From positions 186,001 to 250,000 of the forward strand of contig MU006100.1 in the NCBI GenBank assembly GCA_010093705.1: 64,000 nt of DNA. Reading direction: 5' to 3'. This DNA comes from Patellaria atrata CBS 101060. Its lineage: Eukaryota. Position numbers and translations under genes: made by a program. The notes under the pieces were generated by a model. That model was given only the letters and a program-made list of their open reading frames with translations. It did no database searches and was not told where the DNA came from. Shown here piece after piece: positions 25,241-37,711 of this stretch. Each line of letters begins with the position of its first letter. Within the stretch, counting starts at the first letter, position 1.

Positions 25241-25958
25241 GATTTCGATTTCTGCAACCTTGTGAACAATCAAAAGCAACAACGCACGATATTAAAAGAG
25301 AATGTTTATGAACACATTCTCTTGAAATCACTGAAAATGATGTTTGACTTTCAACGTCTGACCATCAAGTGGGGTTGCGTCGATTTAAAAAATTAACGTA
25401 ACTCTTTGCCCCATATCCGCGTATCATCAGGATCCATTTCCGTTCCTGAGACCAGACGCATCGTAAGCATGCTCAAGGAATAGAACTCTAAGAAAAAAGG
25501 AAGGCTAACGATGATCCCTAGCAGAAAATAGCAAGGTGGGGTTTTATTAGCCAGAGATATCAGAACTCAGGATGAGTGGTTAGATCTAAGGTCAACTCCG
25601 AATTCCGACTCCGTGATATCTAAGCCCGATTTAGCCCACCTGCCTATTTGAGCCTTAAGTACTCCGCACACGTGCCAGCGTGTAACGGCCCCAGCTGCGG
25701 TGACCCTTTGCATCAACGTGACGTGTCACACGCGATCTCTCGCGTTCCAAGTACATATTAAACCTCAAGACCGGACGGAAATCGAAACAGCGGATCATTC
25801 AACCCAATTCTCTCCCAACTCTTTCTATTCAAAGCATGACAAGCCCCTATATCAAACATAACTAAGGACTTCAAACTCCTCACTCACTATCGAACAACAC
25901 CACCATCCCATACAAAAAGTCATCAGCCCAGCTCCTCATACAGCATAAACTATACGCA

Positions 25959-26699
25959 ATGTCCCACCAACCCCAACCCCATCAATCCCCCTCCCATACT
26001 CCCTCCAACCTCCCCCATCCCCCCACCAACCCATCCACCCCACCAACCCGCCGCCCCTACACCGGCTCCTGCCACTGCGGCCAAACCCGCTACCTCCTCT
26101 TCCTGACCCTCCCCCCCTCCATCCTCCCTCCAACCTTCCCCACCTCCCGCACTCACACCGTCCGCATCCGCAAATGTAACTGCAGCACCTGCCACAAGAC
26201 CGGATTCTTCCACGTGCGGGTACCCTGGGCGCCTTCCGATTTCCTCGTTCTCTCTCCCCTCAAAGACAGAGGTCAGTTTGGAGGACTAGATGTAGCGGAG
26301 ATGACGGGAAAGGGCGAGGGTGTGTTGGGGGATTATACCTGTTTTGAGGGAAACCTGCATTGGTTGTTCTGCCACACGTGTGGGGTGAGGTGTTTCCTGT
26401 GGGCTGGGGAGGGGGAGGTGGTGGATGTGCGGGACGCAAGTGTTGATACGGAGACGATTGAGCGGCTGGGAATCGAGGGGACGAAGGTATGGAGGCCGAA
26501 GGAGGAGCAGAAGGATGGCGTTTGGGCGGAGGGGACGGGACGGTGCTATGTTAGCGTTAACGCGCATACATTGGATCAGGGGCAGGAGGGCGTGGATCTC
26601 AGGCGGTGGGTGGATGATGGATGGGTTTGTTATGTGGATAGTTTGGAGGATGAGGGGGAGGAGAGGGTTGGGAAACCGCATGTTTGGGGAACGTATTGA
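25959..26699 (+). CDS. GFA/CENP-V (Mss4-like, DUF636) zinc-binding protein
   Basis: YTGSCHCG...KCNCSTCHKTG...HWLFCHTCGV cysteine pattern in a single 246-aa ORF. Confidence 0.88.
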   Translation: MSHQPQPHQSPSHTPSNLPHPPTNPSTPPTRRPYTGSCHCGQTRYLLFLTLPPSILPPTFPTSRTHTVRIRKCNCSTCHKTGFFHVRVPWAPSDFLVLSPLKDRGQFGGLDVAEMTGKGEGVLGDYTCFEGNLHWLFCHTCGVRCFLWAGEGEVVDVRDASVDTETIERLGIEGTKVWRPKEEQKDGVWAEGTGRCYVSVNAHTLDQGQEGVDLRRWVDDGWVCYVDSLEDEGEERVGKPHVWGTY

Positions 26700-26779
26700 G
26701 AATTATGTTATGGTTATGTGATCATACTTGGTCAAATTTGGCTTTTTGGGGTATTGATTTATAGGATTTATCACATATC

Positions 26780-27517
26780 TCATGAATTTCCTCCCTCTAT
26801 TTCCCCACCCTTCCTTTGCCAATCTAACCAACTACCCCTATATTCCCCAACCTTCTGATATCCTGCCCGCAACGCCAACTGCGCCGCTGCAGAACTCCTC
26901 ACGCCAGCTTTACAATAAAACACAATCTCCTGCTCCGCCCTCGGTTTCGGAAACCCAAACTGGGCTTCGAACTCTTCCGCAGGCAGAAAGATGGCATCCG
27001 GATGCGTTTGCAAAGGCAGGTTGTGCGCAGTTGGGATCCTCCCCTGCTCAAGCTCATGAGGTTCGCGTACGTCTGTCCAATAAAAGCAAAATAGGTCAGC
27101 TATGACTTGCCCTCACTTCTGAAATTACGATGGATTGATTTGTGAGAAAGCAGACGCAACACATACCAACAAGCACCCTCTCCTTCCCCTCCCCGCCTTC
27201 CTCTACAATCCCGCTAATCTATCCATATTAGCCCAACCTTCACAACCTTCACACCAACCCGTCATACTCACCTCCTCGAAATCATAAACCTTACTCCCTG
27301 TCGGGGGTGCCGAATGCCATCTCACCTGCCCCTGTCCTACCGCTCCTGCCCTCCTAATCCAACCCTGGTTTCTGATCCCAGCTCTTGCATCAATGGCTCC
27401 CGGAACAGTGTGTATCGTTCCCTTGCATATTGATATGGATCGTGCTACGGATCGCGGAAACGAAGAGAGGGGTGTAGTGGGGAGGGAGAACCGGGGGACG
27501 AGGCGTGATGGTGGCAT
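26780..27517 (-). CDS. Single-domain rhodanese / thiosulfate sulfurtransferase, probably mitochondrial (Rdl2-like)
   Basis: Three exons (27517-27272, 27218-~27167, ~27072-26780). VLVDVREPHE...GRIPTAHNLP, active-site loop FYCKAGVRS, YRGSWLDW, and an Arg-rich N-terminal presequence. Confidence 0.9.
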
Positions 27518-28252
27518 AGTTCGGATAGGAAGGATGGCTTTTACTGTGGTTGAGGACTGTGGGATGAAATTTGGGAGATTGGTGTTAGAAATGGAATGGA
27601 TCCGATGATGCTATTGATCGAGTTTCGGCTGGGAGCTTTGGCGGAAAAATTAGCTATGACGGATATAGTCACGTGATCGGTACGTTTCTCTTATTGATAA
27701 ATTGATTTTCGCATTTCTCTTGTATCATATTGTTTGTTAGAATATATATAGTTTTGTAGTGTATAGTTGGTACTTATCGGTTGCTGTACGGTACGCTTTC
27801 GACATTCTGCCCCGGTGGACACTCAAATCAACAGCTTTATACGTCTAGCTCAGTGTGTAAAGTCAAGCCAGAGATCACTTTTAGGGCAGTTTCACAGTAA
27901 CCTAGGAGGGCCACAGCAAGGGAAAGCATAATAACGGCGATAGCTTGACAGAGCTCAGTTGAGAAAATATGCTAGCCCCTATCTCTTGCCATCCACCCTT
28001 CCATTTACCTATAGACGAGCAGTGAGATCAACCCAATTAATAAGACAAAATGCTCCGACACAAATATCCATCTCCCAATCCGCAGTAATCCATCCAAAAC
28101 CTCCACCGGTCAAGTTTCTTAGAACCAGACAATTACGCCATCCCTATTTGCCACTCCAATATTACCGATTTTGAAAAGAGTCGATACAATCTAATGCCGA
28201 TATATGGGTGAAGTTCTGAAAATATGAACACTGGTCTCGAAATATCAATCGT

Positions 28253-29692
28253 TTATACAGTCCCGATACCGTTGATCCCGTCTTGACTGCCCTCTTCACT
28301 CCCAATGTCTGTCCAACTACCAGGGGTGCTGATACCCGTTCGTCGTCCCTCTGAGCGTTGAGCATCGCTTCTCGAAATCTCGGAAAACTCGCTCATACCA
28401 GCATCGCTTAGTGTCTCCGACCGGTCATCTGGTTCGTAGTTGATACCGTCTGGTCTCAGTGTGTTATTCATCCTTTGCGAAACGTGGGTAGGGTCAAGCT
28501 CGTAGTAATAGTCTCCTGAAACGGATGGAGGGGCAGAGTTATTGACACTGTTTGGGAAAGATGAGAGAACTCCAATGTCATCAGCATTCGAGCCGGCGAG
28601 AGAAGCGGAAGTCGAGAAACCATCACTCGTTGGAGTTAGAGCACCAGTAGGTGACCCGGTGGGTGTGGGGACATCATCCCACACATCGTCGCGAGCCCAC
28701 GCGGATGCAGTGTTATCATTGATCTCTAATTGTCCAAGCTCGGGAGTATGCGAATTAATAGAGGCTAATGAGTGAAAAGATCCAGTTATGGAAGGCGAAG
28801 CATATAACTCCTGTTCATCTCTTAAAGCTTGCTCTTCTCCTCGAGTCTCAGATGGAGAGACAGATACGTGGGAGCTATCTATGCTTTCGACATCCGATGC
28901 ATCATTGTCAGAGACATCTATTAGGCAGTTGACATGTTCTTCCTCAGCTTCCGCTTGACGAGCAATCTCCTGTCGCAAGCGTTCTTCTTCCCAAGACATG
29001 CGAAGGGCAAGTGCCAAGTCGGGATCATTCGCTGCATCTGCACCTTCAAAAGGAGAGGGAGCGAGATCGGCTGGAAGAGTACTACTATGGCTCATGTGAC
29101 TGTTGGAAAGTTCATCTTGCTCAGGTCTGATCATTTCGTTGTCCTCATCCGAGATCTCAGCTTCATCACCAAATGGATTGGCAAAAGATGCACCACGAGC
29201 AAAACCCCTTGAACCCCTAGTACTGCGACGATGAAGAACTGTTCTTGAGAGACGTTCTGACATTTCTACGCCAGTCGTCCGCAATTTACCGTCAGGGGCA
29301 ACGATATCGTCAAAACTCTTGCTTTTATCTGCGCGGCTAAGGAGGGCAGGTTTTTCTCTTTTTTCGAGCTCTTCTTGACCTATGCGAGAAAGTACATCGA
29401 GATCAACAGCTATACCTTCCTCTCTAGCCTGACGAATTATCTCGGCCCTGTTTCTCTGCACTATCTCTTCGCGTCTCTTCCTCCGTTCTTCTGCAGCTTG
29501 GGCCGAGTTGGGGTCGGATTCGGAACGAGAACCGGGTTGTATATCATCACCAAGTGAGTGTAATGCAAGGGCTATTTTGCGGCGGGAAGAGTCGACCCAT
29601 GCTCGAAACTGAGGTGATTCATATAGGGCGATGCCGGCTACCAGGATGATATTGGCGGCGATTATGACGCCTAGTGGGGGTAGGGTTAGCAT
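28253..29692 (-). CDS. Hypothetical protein with N-terminal hydrophobic anchor and UIM-like motif
   Basis: 479-aa ORF with a hydrophobic N-terminus (GVIIAANIILVAGIALYESPQ), DPDLALALRMSWEE resembling a ubiquitin-interacting motif, and an acidic Ser-rich disordered C-terminus. Confidence 0.8.
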   Translation of the reverse strand: MLTLPPLGVIIAANIILVAGIALYESPQFRAWVDSSRRKIALALHSLGDDIQPGSRSESDPNSAQAAEERRKRREEIVQRNRAEIIRQAREEGIAVDLDVLSRIGQEELEKREKPALLSRADKSKSFDDIVAPDGKLRTTGVEMSERLSRTVLHRRSTRGSRGFARGASFANPFGDEAEISDEDNEMIRPEQDELSNSHMSHSSTLPADLAPSPFEGADAANDPDLALALRMSWEEERLRQEIARQAEAEEEHVNCLIDVSDNDASDVESIDSSHVSVSPSETRGEEQALRDEQELYASPSITGSFHSLASINSHTPELGQLEINDNTASAWARDDVWDDVPTPTGSPTGALTPTSDGFSTSASLAGSNADDIGVLSSFPNSVNNSAPPSVSGDYYYELDPTHVSQRMNNTLRPDGINYEPDDRSETLSDAGMSEFSEISRSDAQRSEGRRTGISTPGSWTDIGSEEGSQDGINGIGTV

Positions 29693-30386
29693 AATTCACA
29701 ACAGAAAGCTAGATGGGAAATTTGGAATACATGAAAGCATAGAAACGATGCCAATAGGATACAAGTGATGTAGTGGACTTTCGTTCGTCCGTTGCACCGC
29801 ATTGTGTAAGAAGGGTAGCCTGGGTGGACAGAGCTTCGGGGAAAAGAAGACGCATGTTCGTACCTTTTGCAAGAGGGGTAGGCATCCTTGAGATATACAC
29901 CTGTTAGCTCTCTCGAACTGTGAGCAGAAAATGGGCTCAAGATACTGTGGTCTTGATTTTTTGAATGTTGTTGCCTCGAGGAGAGTACGCAAGATGAAGG
30001 AAGAGTTACGTAGACCGTAGGTTGATGTACTAGACGGCGGAAAGATTGCCCCGGAGGGGGGAGAACGGGCCACTTTGCCACTGTGGCTAAAGCTCGAAAC
30101 TCAGCCATAAATGAGGGGGAAATCGACCCAATCATTATTGGTCCATATCAGCGCATATTAGAACATGAGAAAAGGATATAAAACTGTAGTATCAGATCAA
30201 TATTATACGTTGATCAAAATAAGACGGATGGTAGATAACCGAATCTGTTGCTAAACTTAGAGAATATATAGTGTTTCTAGATAGAAATAGTATACAGTAT
30301 TGCTGAAATGGAATCACTACACAATGTTCCTGTATTAATACATAGTACTCCTATTTCACAGCATCACACCCGCCCAAAGACTGTCA

Positions 30387-32165
30387 CTAGTGGCCCACGT
30401 GTCGTACGCGGTGGGCGTGGGTCGGTCGTGAAGTACAGGATGTAGAAGAGCTGCTAAATGATGTGGAAGAACTACTAAGCGTCGTAGAAGAACTACTGAG
30501 TGATGAAGATGAGCTACTGAGCACTAAGAGGTTGAGACGGAGTGGTGCAGTCGATGTTGGTCGCCTTATGGATGTAGATGTTGTCCTCCGCGTTGTAGTA
30601 ACGGGCCGTTGAGTTGTAGTGGTTCGTCGTGTCGTGGTGCTTGACCGTCGGGCCGTGGTGGTCGGCTGTTGCCTCGTAGTGCTCCGTCGAGTGGCGGTAC
30701 TTAACTGTCGGGCCGCGGTGGCCGGCCGTTGTGTTGTCGTACTCCGTCGAGTGGTGCTGCTTGACCGTCGGGTCGTGGTACTCGGCCGTTGTGTCGTAGT
30801 GCTCCGTCGAGTGGTGGTACTCGGTCGTTGTGTCGTGGTGCTCTGTCGAGTGGTGGTACTTAACTGTCGGGCCGTGGTGGTCGGCCGTTGCGTTGTCGTA
30901 CTCCGTCGAGTGGTGCTGGTTGACCGTCGGGTCGTGGTACTCGGCCGTTGCGTCGTCGTGCTTCGTCGGGTCGTGGTACTTGTAGCCGAACGAGACGTGG
31001 TCGTTGTGCGAGACGTAGTGGTAGACCTTGAAGTCGTCGTACTGCTCGTCCGAGTGGAAGATGAAGCGGGACCCTGCTTGTAGACCTTGACTGAATTGAT
31101 CAACCAGAATGTATCAGTAAAGGCCCTAGGATTGTTGGCAACATAGCGAACGCAAGAAGCCCATGAATCCCCGGGTACAATATTTGGGCACCCGGCTCCG
31201 ACAAAATCTGGTCCAGCCCAAGTACCACAGAAATTGGTATTAAAGACAAGTTTGTTCTCCTTGAACTCCTGGTTGATATCGCATGAGCCTCTACTGGCTG
31301 GTTGGAAATTCGAAAGGGGTGTGCCCCAGTTTGATGGGTTGGGTCTTCCAGCGGTGATATCGGCTGGAATTCTGGCACGAGGGAAGTTCCAAATTTTGAT
31401 AGAGGTCGCTGTCCACTCCATAGCGTACACGCCGCCACTAACACTGTTGAAACTATCTCCGTAGGTTCCTGGCCTATTGTCGTTAACAGCACAGCCGTCA
31501 AAACCACTTGATACCTGATATCCATTAGAAATCAACCCAATCTTCATGTCATTCTAGTACCTTTACGTACCGCGCAGTTATTCTTGACTAAAGAACCCTG
31601 CATACCAGAGCTCCCGACGGTGCATTGACCCTCGGTATGCAGAACCATGTGATTGCTCGATTGAGTATTTACGCCCTCGATGATGTCTATTTCACCTTTG
31701 CTGGGCCAAGGGTCTCCATAACTCCAAAACGCGGGCCATGTACCACAGTCGCTACCAGGCATGTGCACAATATCCGCGATAAAGAGACCTTGAGTCCATC
31801 TCTTACGGCTTTCGATTCTAACGCTTGGTCGTCCAGTGTCACCCTCCAAGGGGTATACGTTGGTTGTGTCTACTCCCATATAGGCAGCTCCGTTTCGAAA
31901 ACCGATTAGTCCTAGAGTGGCCGCATCACTCCTAGACTTGTATCTTGTTCATCGTTAATAAACGCTTCCCAAGAAGTAAAGAGAATTCTCACTTTACGAA
32001 TCCTTGAGTTGGATCGGTATCCGTAAAAAAGTCAAAGTTATTAAAGAACGTTGAACCCTGGAAATTGTCTGTAAGAGAGTAGACTGTATTCTGAGCTACG
32101 ATAGGACTAAAGAGAGACGCAAAAACGAAGGAGCCAAAGCTCAAAAAGAGTGATGAGGAAGGCAT
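30387..32165 (-). CDS. Secreted GH16 endo-1,3(4)-beta-glucanase with Thr/Ser/Arg repeat tail
   Basis: Exons 32165-31993, 31943-31571, 31514-30387. Signal peptide, DPTQGFV, GRPSVRIES, CGTWPAFW, catalytic GEIDIIEG, NTNFCGTWAG. Confidence 0.93.
30580..31060 (-). repeat. Coding minisatellite (STTTRRSTTTQRP-type units; 39- and 60-nt sub-units, 159-nt higher-order repeat)
   Basis: GTACTTAACTGTCGG recurs at 30697 and 30856. TTTQRP occurs 6 times and RR 11 times in the translation. Confidence 0.9.
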
Positions 32166-33263
32166 CCTGAAAATGAATGACTGAAAAAGCACGAAAACAA
32201 AAGAGTGAATGAGGTCAGAGAGACGTGAAAGCCATCACAACGGACTGGAAGACGAAAGACTTTTAAGAAAACCTCCTGATATTATAACTAGTCATACGGA
32301 GGAATAACATTGAAGGTACCGCGAATCAACATTTCATAGCCTTGGGACGATAACTTTTCGCACTTGTTTGGGGGGAAGCCATCGTGGGTTTGGTGTGTCA
32401 TATCAGACGAGTGTACCGAATAGTAGATCTCCCGACGCGCCTTAACGCTTTCGATTTCTTTGCTAAACCTGTTGCTGTTAAAAGCAAGTCCAAGCTAAAG
32501 AAGCTATAACCAGCGTCAGTTTAGTGTTTTGAAGGTGGCTTTTGTTCTCAAGCCGGGAAACGGCACATGTCCGTCAAATATTCCCAAATCAAGCCAAACG
32601 AATGCCGTCCACGTTTTCTCGTTGACGTGGCGCTATTTATGGCTGGCTGTGCAGTGAAATTCACAAGGCTAAAGAGAGGATGGGCGCGTCGATGGTGAAA
32701 TTGAGGTGCATTCTTCTGGAGCCCCAAAGCTGGGTTTGGCTTGGCAGGGGTAGGATCATTAGCCTCGACACCGACGGACGCAAAGGAGATCGGTAAATCC
32801 CAATTCCTCACCATACCTTATCGAATAATCGGATTCCCCGCTGTGCTGTCTTCACGTCATACAAGGTTATCGGTATACATAATATCTATCACTATTGTAA
32901 CATTCAGGACATTCCCAGTAACAATCTAGACTCAATGTAAGTATAAAGCACTTGATATTTAACTGTCTTTTTTAAGACTCGTTACTACTGAATGGAATAT
33001 GACATCCCACCTGGCCCACCCTTCTTCGCGGAACTCAGTCTCAATGCATTTCGCTGCATGCTATAAACTCAGACGAGCGGGGAAAACCCAAAGCAAAAGA
33101 ATTCCGTCATACCCATGACGGAGACCGCCTAAGCGAATACAGGAAGAACTAAATAGGCAATTGGGCATAATCAACGCCTGATACTCCCTAATTCCCCTAA
33201 CCGTCATACGCATGTATTATCTATCTCAATAGCTTGATAGCCGATAATACTACCGTCCCCAGT

Positions 33264-35676
33264 TTACGCTAAGTAAGCTAACTCATCGCCTCCTTGCCGT
33301 TCGAGGTATTCCTTCTCTAGCAAAATATCGATGCACTTCTTGATATCAGACACTTTGGGTGTGAATCTGCTCTTGATTTGCGTGATCGTTTCGGCGACTA
33401 GGGCTTGGTGCTTCTCTTGTTTACGAGCCTTCATGATACGTACAATAGCGGACTAGAGCAACGTTAGCTGGGTTCTGTGATGGGGGTTATAATAAGGGAA
33501 TACTAACCTGCATAAGTAACTTCCGGTCTTCTTCGATTGTCTTGTGCGTATCTTCGGTTTCTTGCTTCTGCTCGCTCTTGATAGCAATGTTCAAGTTGAC
33601 CTTCACCTTCTTGTTTTTAAAGCCATGGTTCAAGGAGTAGCTCGTACCGGGTCCGGGCTTTGAGCTCTCGGGTTGAACGTTTAGAACCTTAGCTTTTAGA
33701 AATACCCCTAATGAAGGGTCAAGGGTCTCCTTTGAAAGCTTGGTGCTCTCCTCAATGTCCTCGTAGGTAATACTATCGTCATCATTGAAGAGTAATAAAA
33801 TCGCCATTTGATACGACGATACCTGGAAAGTATACGGGATCTTGCCAGCCTTTATATAGTTGGCCCGGATCTCACCCTTGCAGAGTTGCCACAACCATGT
33901 CAACTTCCTACCTTGATGTTTATTTCCATAGAAGTTTTGGAATCTCTCGTACGTCTTGACGATCTGTTGTGGCGGTAAGAACGAAGTGGCTGAAGGATTC
34001 AAGGGCCAGAATCCTGTACCAAGGATCATGTATGTAGCATCGACAGCACTCTTCTGGGACTCCTCATCCAGGTTAGCCTGACACCAGTCCTTGAATGACG
34101 AATTAAGATCCTTAGAGATCTGCATGTCTTGGAACATGCGCTGCAGCTTATTTGTGTACTCAAACCCACATGCCTCTTTTAACTTGCTGATCATACTGGT
34201 TTCAGCATCATCCGAGTTGGAAGTCGTGTTGACCAGACGCTTCGCAAGCATACGGGAATAGAACTTCTGGAACACATCCTTATCCTCGATATACTTGAAG
34301 ACTGTCATGATTTGCGAGAGCATCTTCTCCATATCATCTTCCTCGGTCAACTTCGCAGATGACTTCTTGAGAAGGGCATCAGTGTACTTAGCAAGAAGCT
34401 CCGGTGACTTTGTAGAACCCGATTTGCAGACCTTGTTGCGGTTGACAAACTCACGGCACGCATTATCTAAAGATCGAACGAATTCTGACTCCCCAATAAA
34501 TGCCGTGTTAACCAGGTCCTGGTACTGCGTATGAACCTCCAAAAGAGCATCTACATAGACCTTTGGTTCCAGGTTCTCGCCATCTACAGCAACTTTATCG
34601 ATGGCCATCAACCCGGCTTTCCGCACGTGGGCTTCGAATCGGTTCCGTAAGGGATCCAGGCCATCCGGTATCCGAGCCAAGAGAGCGTACATTCTCCCAA
34701 GATCCTCCCTGCGATCCTCGTTGAGAAGATTTTGAAACTCCTCCCGCAAAAGTATGCTGTGATCTGCGATAAGCGCGGTCTCGCAAGTTCGCATTAGGGG
34801 TGTTGTAATCTCAGTGAGCAGATATAGGGATATCCGCTCCTTCTCTTCCTCTAACCGTGCTTCTGCCTTCTTCATGTACTCCACGATGCTATTGTCTTGA
34901 ATAAACTTCGTGGACTCATCCTTATAATATGCCGCCGTAGATTCCAGGAAGGGTTTCTCAAAGAATTGTTTGTACACGTCGAGCGTAGTCTTCTTGCTGT
35001 CCGACTCATCCAACCCTAGAGATACAAAAGAATCCACAACACTCTTAATATGCGATGTCTCAATCGTTTCGCCATTTCTCTGCTTTTCAACGAGCTTTAA
35101 AACAGAGCTCATGACCGACTTGTGTGTATGATCGAACATATCCATCTTCCATCGAACCAAGTGGAGTGTGTAGATGTCGTAAACATTCTTCTTCCCCTCA
35201 TCCATCTCACGTTTCACCCAATGTCGGTTAAGGTACTGGAAGAGATGGTTATTATACGTGGCGGCGGTCGTATATCGGTTCCACTCCTTGATGTAAAAGG
35301 TGAGAAGAGCTTCATCCACATGTTCTCGGGATTTGGCTTGCACGCCACCAAGATGTCTCCTCAAATATTCGATGAGGTGGTTATACAAGTCCTCGCCGAG
35401 CAAGTGGGCCCCTCCACGATTATGTTGCGCCGAAAAACTTCCTGCTACTATCTTTTGTGCCGTACAGAAGTTGTGGATTGCGGTGTACAAAGCCATATAT
35501 GCCTTCATATCGATTCCTTCTCGGAGGTTCGTCATGATTCGGTCCACACCCGATTCGAGGAAGCTCCAACTAGACACAGTGTCAGTTTCACCCGGTAAAG
35601 GACGCTTCAGGGAAGATACTAACGTTCCAACAGGATCATCGTTGCCGGGCATCGGCGGCATAGGTGTTGGTGCCAT
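33264..35676 (-). CDS. cul1: Cullin-1 (SCF scaffold, Cdc53/CulA)
   Basis: Exons 35676-33508 and 33452-33264. [39 protein letters not shown], neddylation motif [10 protein letters not shown], ends YLA*. Confidence 0.97.
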
Positions 35677-36381
35677 GATGAACCAAGGTAGGGAATAAGT
35701 CTTCTCTGCACCGAGATGCTCACTTCACGAGAGATTTGCGACGCGGAAGCAATCAAAGTTCGGTTGTCGGTTAGGTGTTATTGTTGTGATTTCGATAAAT
35801 TATTGGAAAGGATCTGAGGTAAAAGAATCGGAGGATCAGCACTGTTGGGTTATCTTATAAAACACAGGCTCCGAAACGCTGCTAAGCCAAAGGGCGGATG
35901 GGGCTGCGTTGTGCCTCCACAGGTCAGTCGGCAAAATGGAGTGAAGTTAATGGAGAGAGGTTTTGCTTTCTTCAGGTACAACGGGTTTGTCACGGTCACG
36001 ACATGTTCGAGGTTCTCAGCAGCTGCCTGACTGAAGGTGGCGGTAAAATCCCGGCCGTGTTAACTACAAAGCCGCAAATCAAGCATTTCGCCTCGCCCTT
36101 AACGTTAAATGAACGTCTATAAAGAGCTCTCTACCATACCTTACAATCGTAAGGTACTTTAGGTCCTCCACTATTCATGAAGTAAGACTATCAAACACTG
36201 AAAATTCAGACTTATTCAGCTTGCGGAGAAGCTCACGTGTGCTCCTTCGCCTAGTTCTATAGGATCAAGATGACGTCTTTCTCCAAGACCACTAACTTCC
36301 TCATTGAAGACAAGTACGGTAGAGATACATAGCTAACTATCCTTCTTCCCTTAATCAAGCAGCGAAGCCGGAAATTTAAAC

Positions 36382-36912
36382 ATGACGGTCACATCTTTCA
36401 AGACTCTCCAAGTCTCCAAACATTTCATTCCTCGTCATAATCTATTTCCTAACACTTCTATCCAAAACAAACCGCTTCTCATCTACCACTCAACATTCCC
36501 ATCAGAATCAGCATCCTCAATCGAGTTGCATTTGGAGAAAACTGGAGTTGTGGTCCCACAATGGCGCTACACGATGTTCAAGACGTCTCACTTCCACAGC
36601 ACGACTCACGAAGTCCTGTGCATTTCGTCCGGATCAGCGAAACTCTGTTTTGGCGGCGAGGATAATCCTGAAAACGTTACTCCTGTTGTGAAACAAGGTG
36701 ATGTGGTCATTGTACCTGCAGGTGTGGCACATAGATTGCTGCAAGAGAATGAAGGGCCTTTCGAAATGGTGGGCAGTTATCCGAAGGGGAAGAACTGGGA
36801 TATGTGTTATGGCAAGGAGTCCGAGAGAGAAAAGGTGGAAGGCATCAAATCTCTAGAGTGGTTTGATAAGGATCCTGTATATGGTACCGATGGCCCAACC
36901 TTACAGGTTTAA
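36382..36912 (+). CDS. Cupin-domain protein (YjlB-like)
   Basis: SHFHSTTHEVL...GDVVIVPAGVAHR...VGSYP...DPVYG cupin motifs in a 176-aa ORF. Confidence 0.88.
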   Translation: MTVTSFKTLQVSKHFIPRHNLFPNTSIQNKPLLIYHSTFPSESASSIELHLEKTGVVVPQWRYTMFKTSHFHSTTHEVLCISSGSAKLCFGGEDNPENVTPVVKQGDVVIVPAGVAHRLLQENEGPFEMVGSYPKGKNWDMCYGKESEREKVEGIKSLEWFDKDPVYGTDGPTLQV

Positions 36913-37711
36913 GGGATGCAATTTCTGTTTTTCTAACTACCTAACTATCACTTGTAGCTACTAACTCCTATGATTACAATTCCATATTGCCTATTATTAT
37001 CACAACGCTATGATCCAAATGATACTCAATCTTTAAATGCTACAACAAACCAACACTCCTACAATCTTCATCTTATTAGCATGGGAAAGTTTCTTTTGAC
37101 ATGACAACATCTTTCACTGAATGCCCTCCAAGACGCAAGGGCATTCAACCCTCGCTCCTCTAAAAAGTGCTTTGATGTTCGATGAAGAAAAAGCTAACGC
37201 GAATCTTTAGCAATCGGGATAGTATACAACCCGCGGCAGGCATGTGCTCGATCAAATATGGTATCTTTCGTAAGGCGACTACCCAAGCTTGTATTCTCAA
37301 TCGCACATATTTATCGCTTTTAGATTGGCAAAGGTGCTTGAGGTCCGTGGAACTGGTTATCTATTTAAAGAAGATCATGTCAGCGAGTAGGATAACTTAG
37401 ACATAGGGACTAAGAGACAGACACATTATCTAAAACCCATAGCTGAAGCTCGGTAGGGAGAGATAAAATTTCAGGCAGAGTGGTCGTCTTTCAAGACGTT
37501 CTCGCGTCTTGTGGTGTGGATTTTTGTTGAATAGTAAGGAAAGATCTACGAACAAATTCTGTTTCAAAGTTGTGACGGCACGTCGGATAGCTTGACGCGA
37601 CATCACGTGTGGCGTAATAATCAACAGAAAGCGATTTAGCAAAGGTAGAATACGCTCTACTCCTGAATTCTAAGGATAAATTTCATCCAAGTAATCAACA
37701 TCGAGAAGTCT

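Noticed and set aside
27841..27920. TAGCTCAGT A-box-like motif suggesting a tRNA
   Set aside because: No GTTCRA B-box and no acceptor-stem pairing.
30619..31083. Val/Arg/Cys-rich repetitive 154-aa plus-strand ORF
   Set aside because: Reverse complement of the GH16 Thr-rich repeat.
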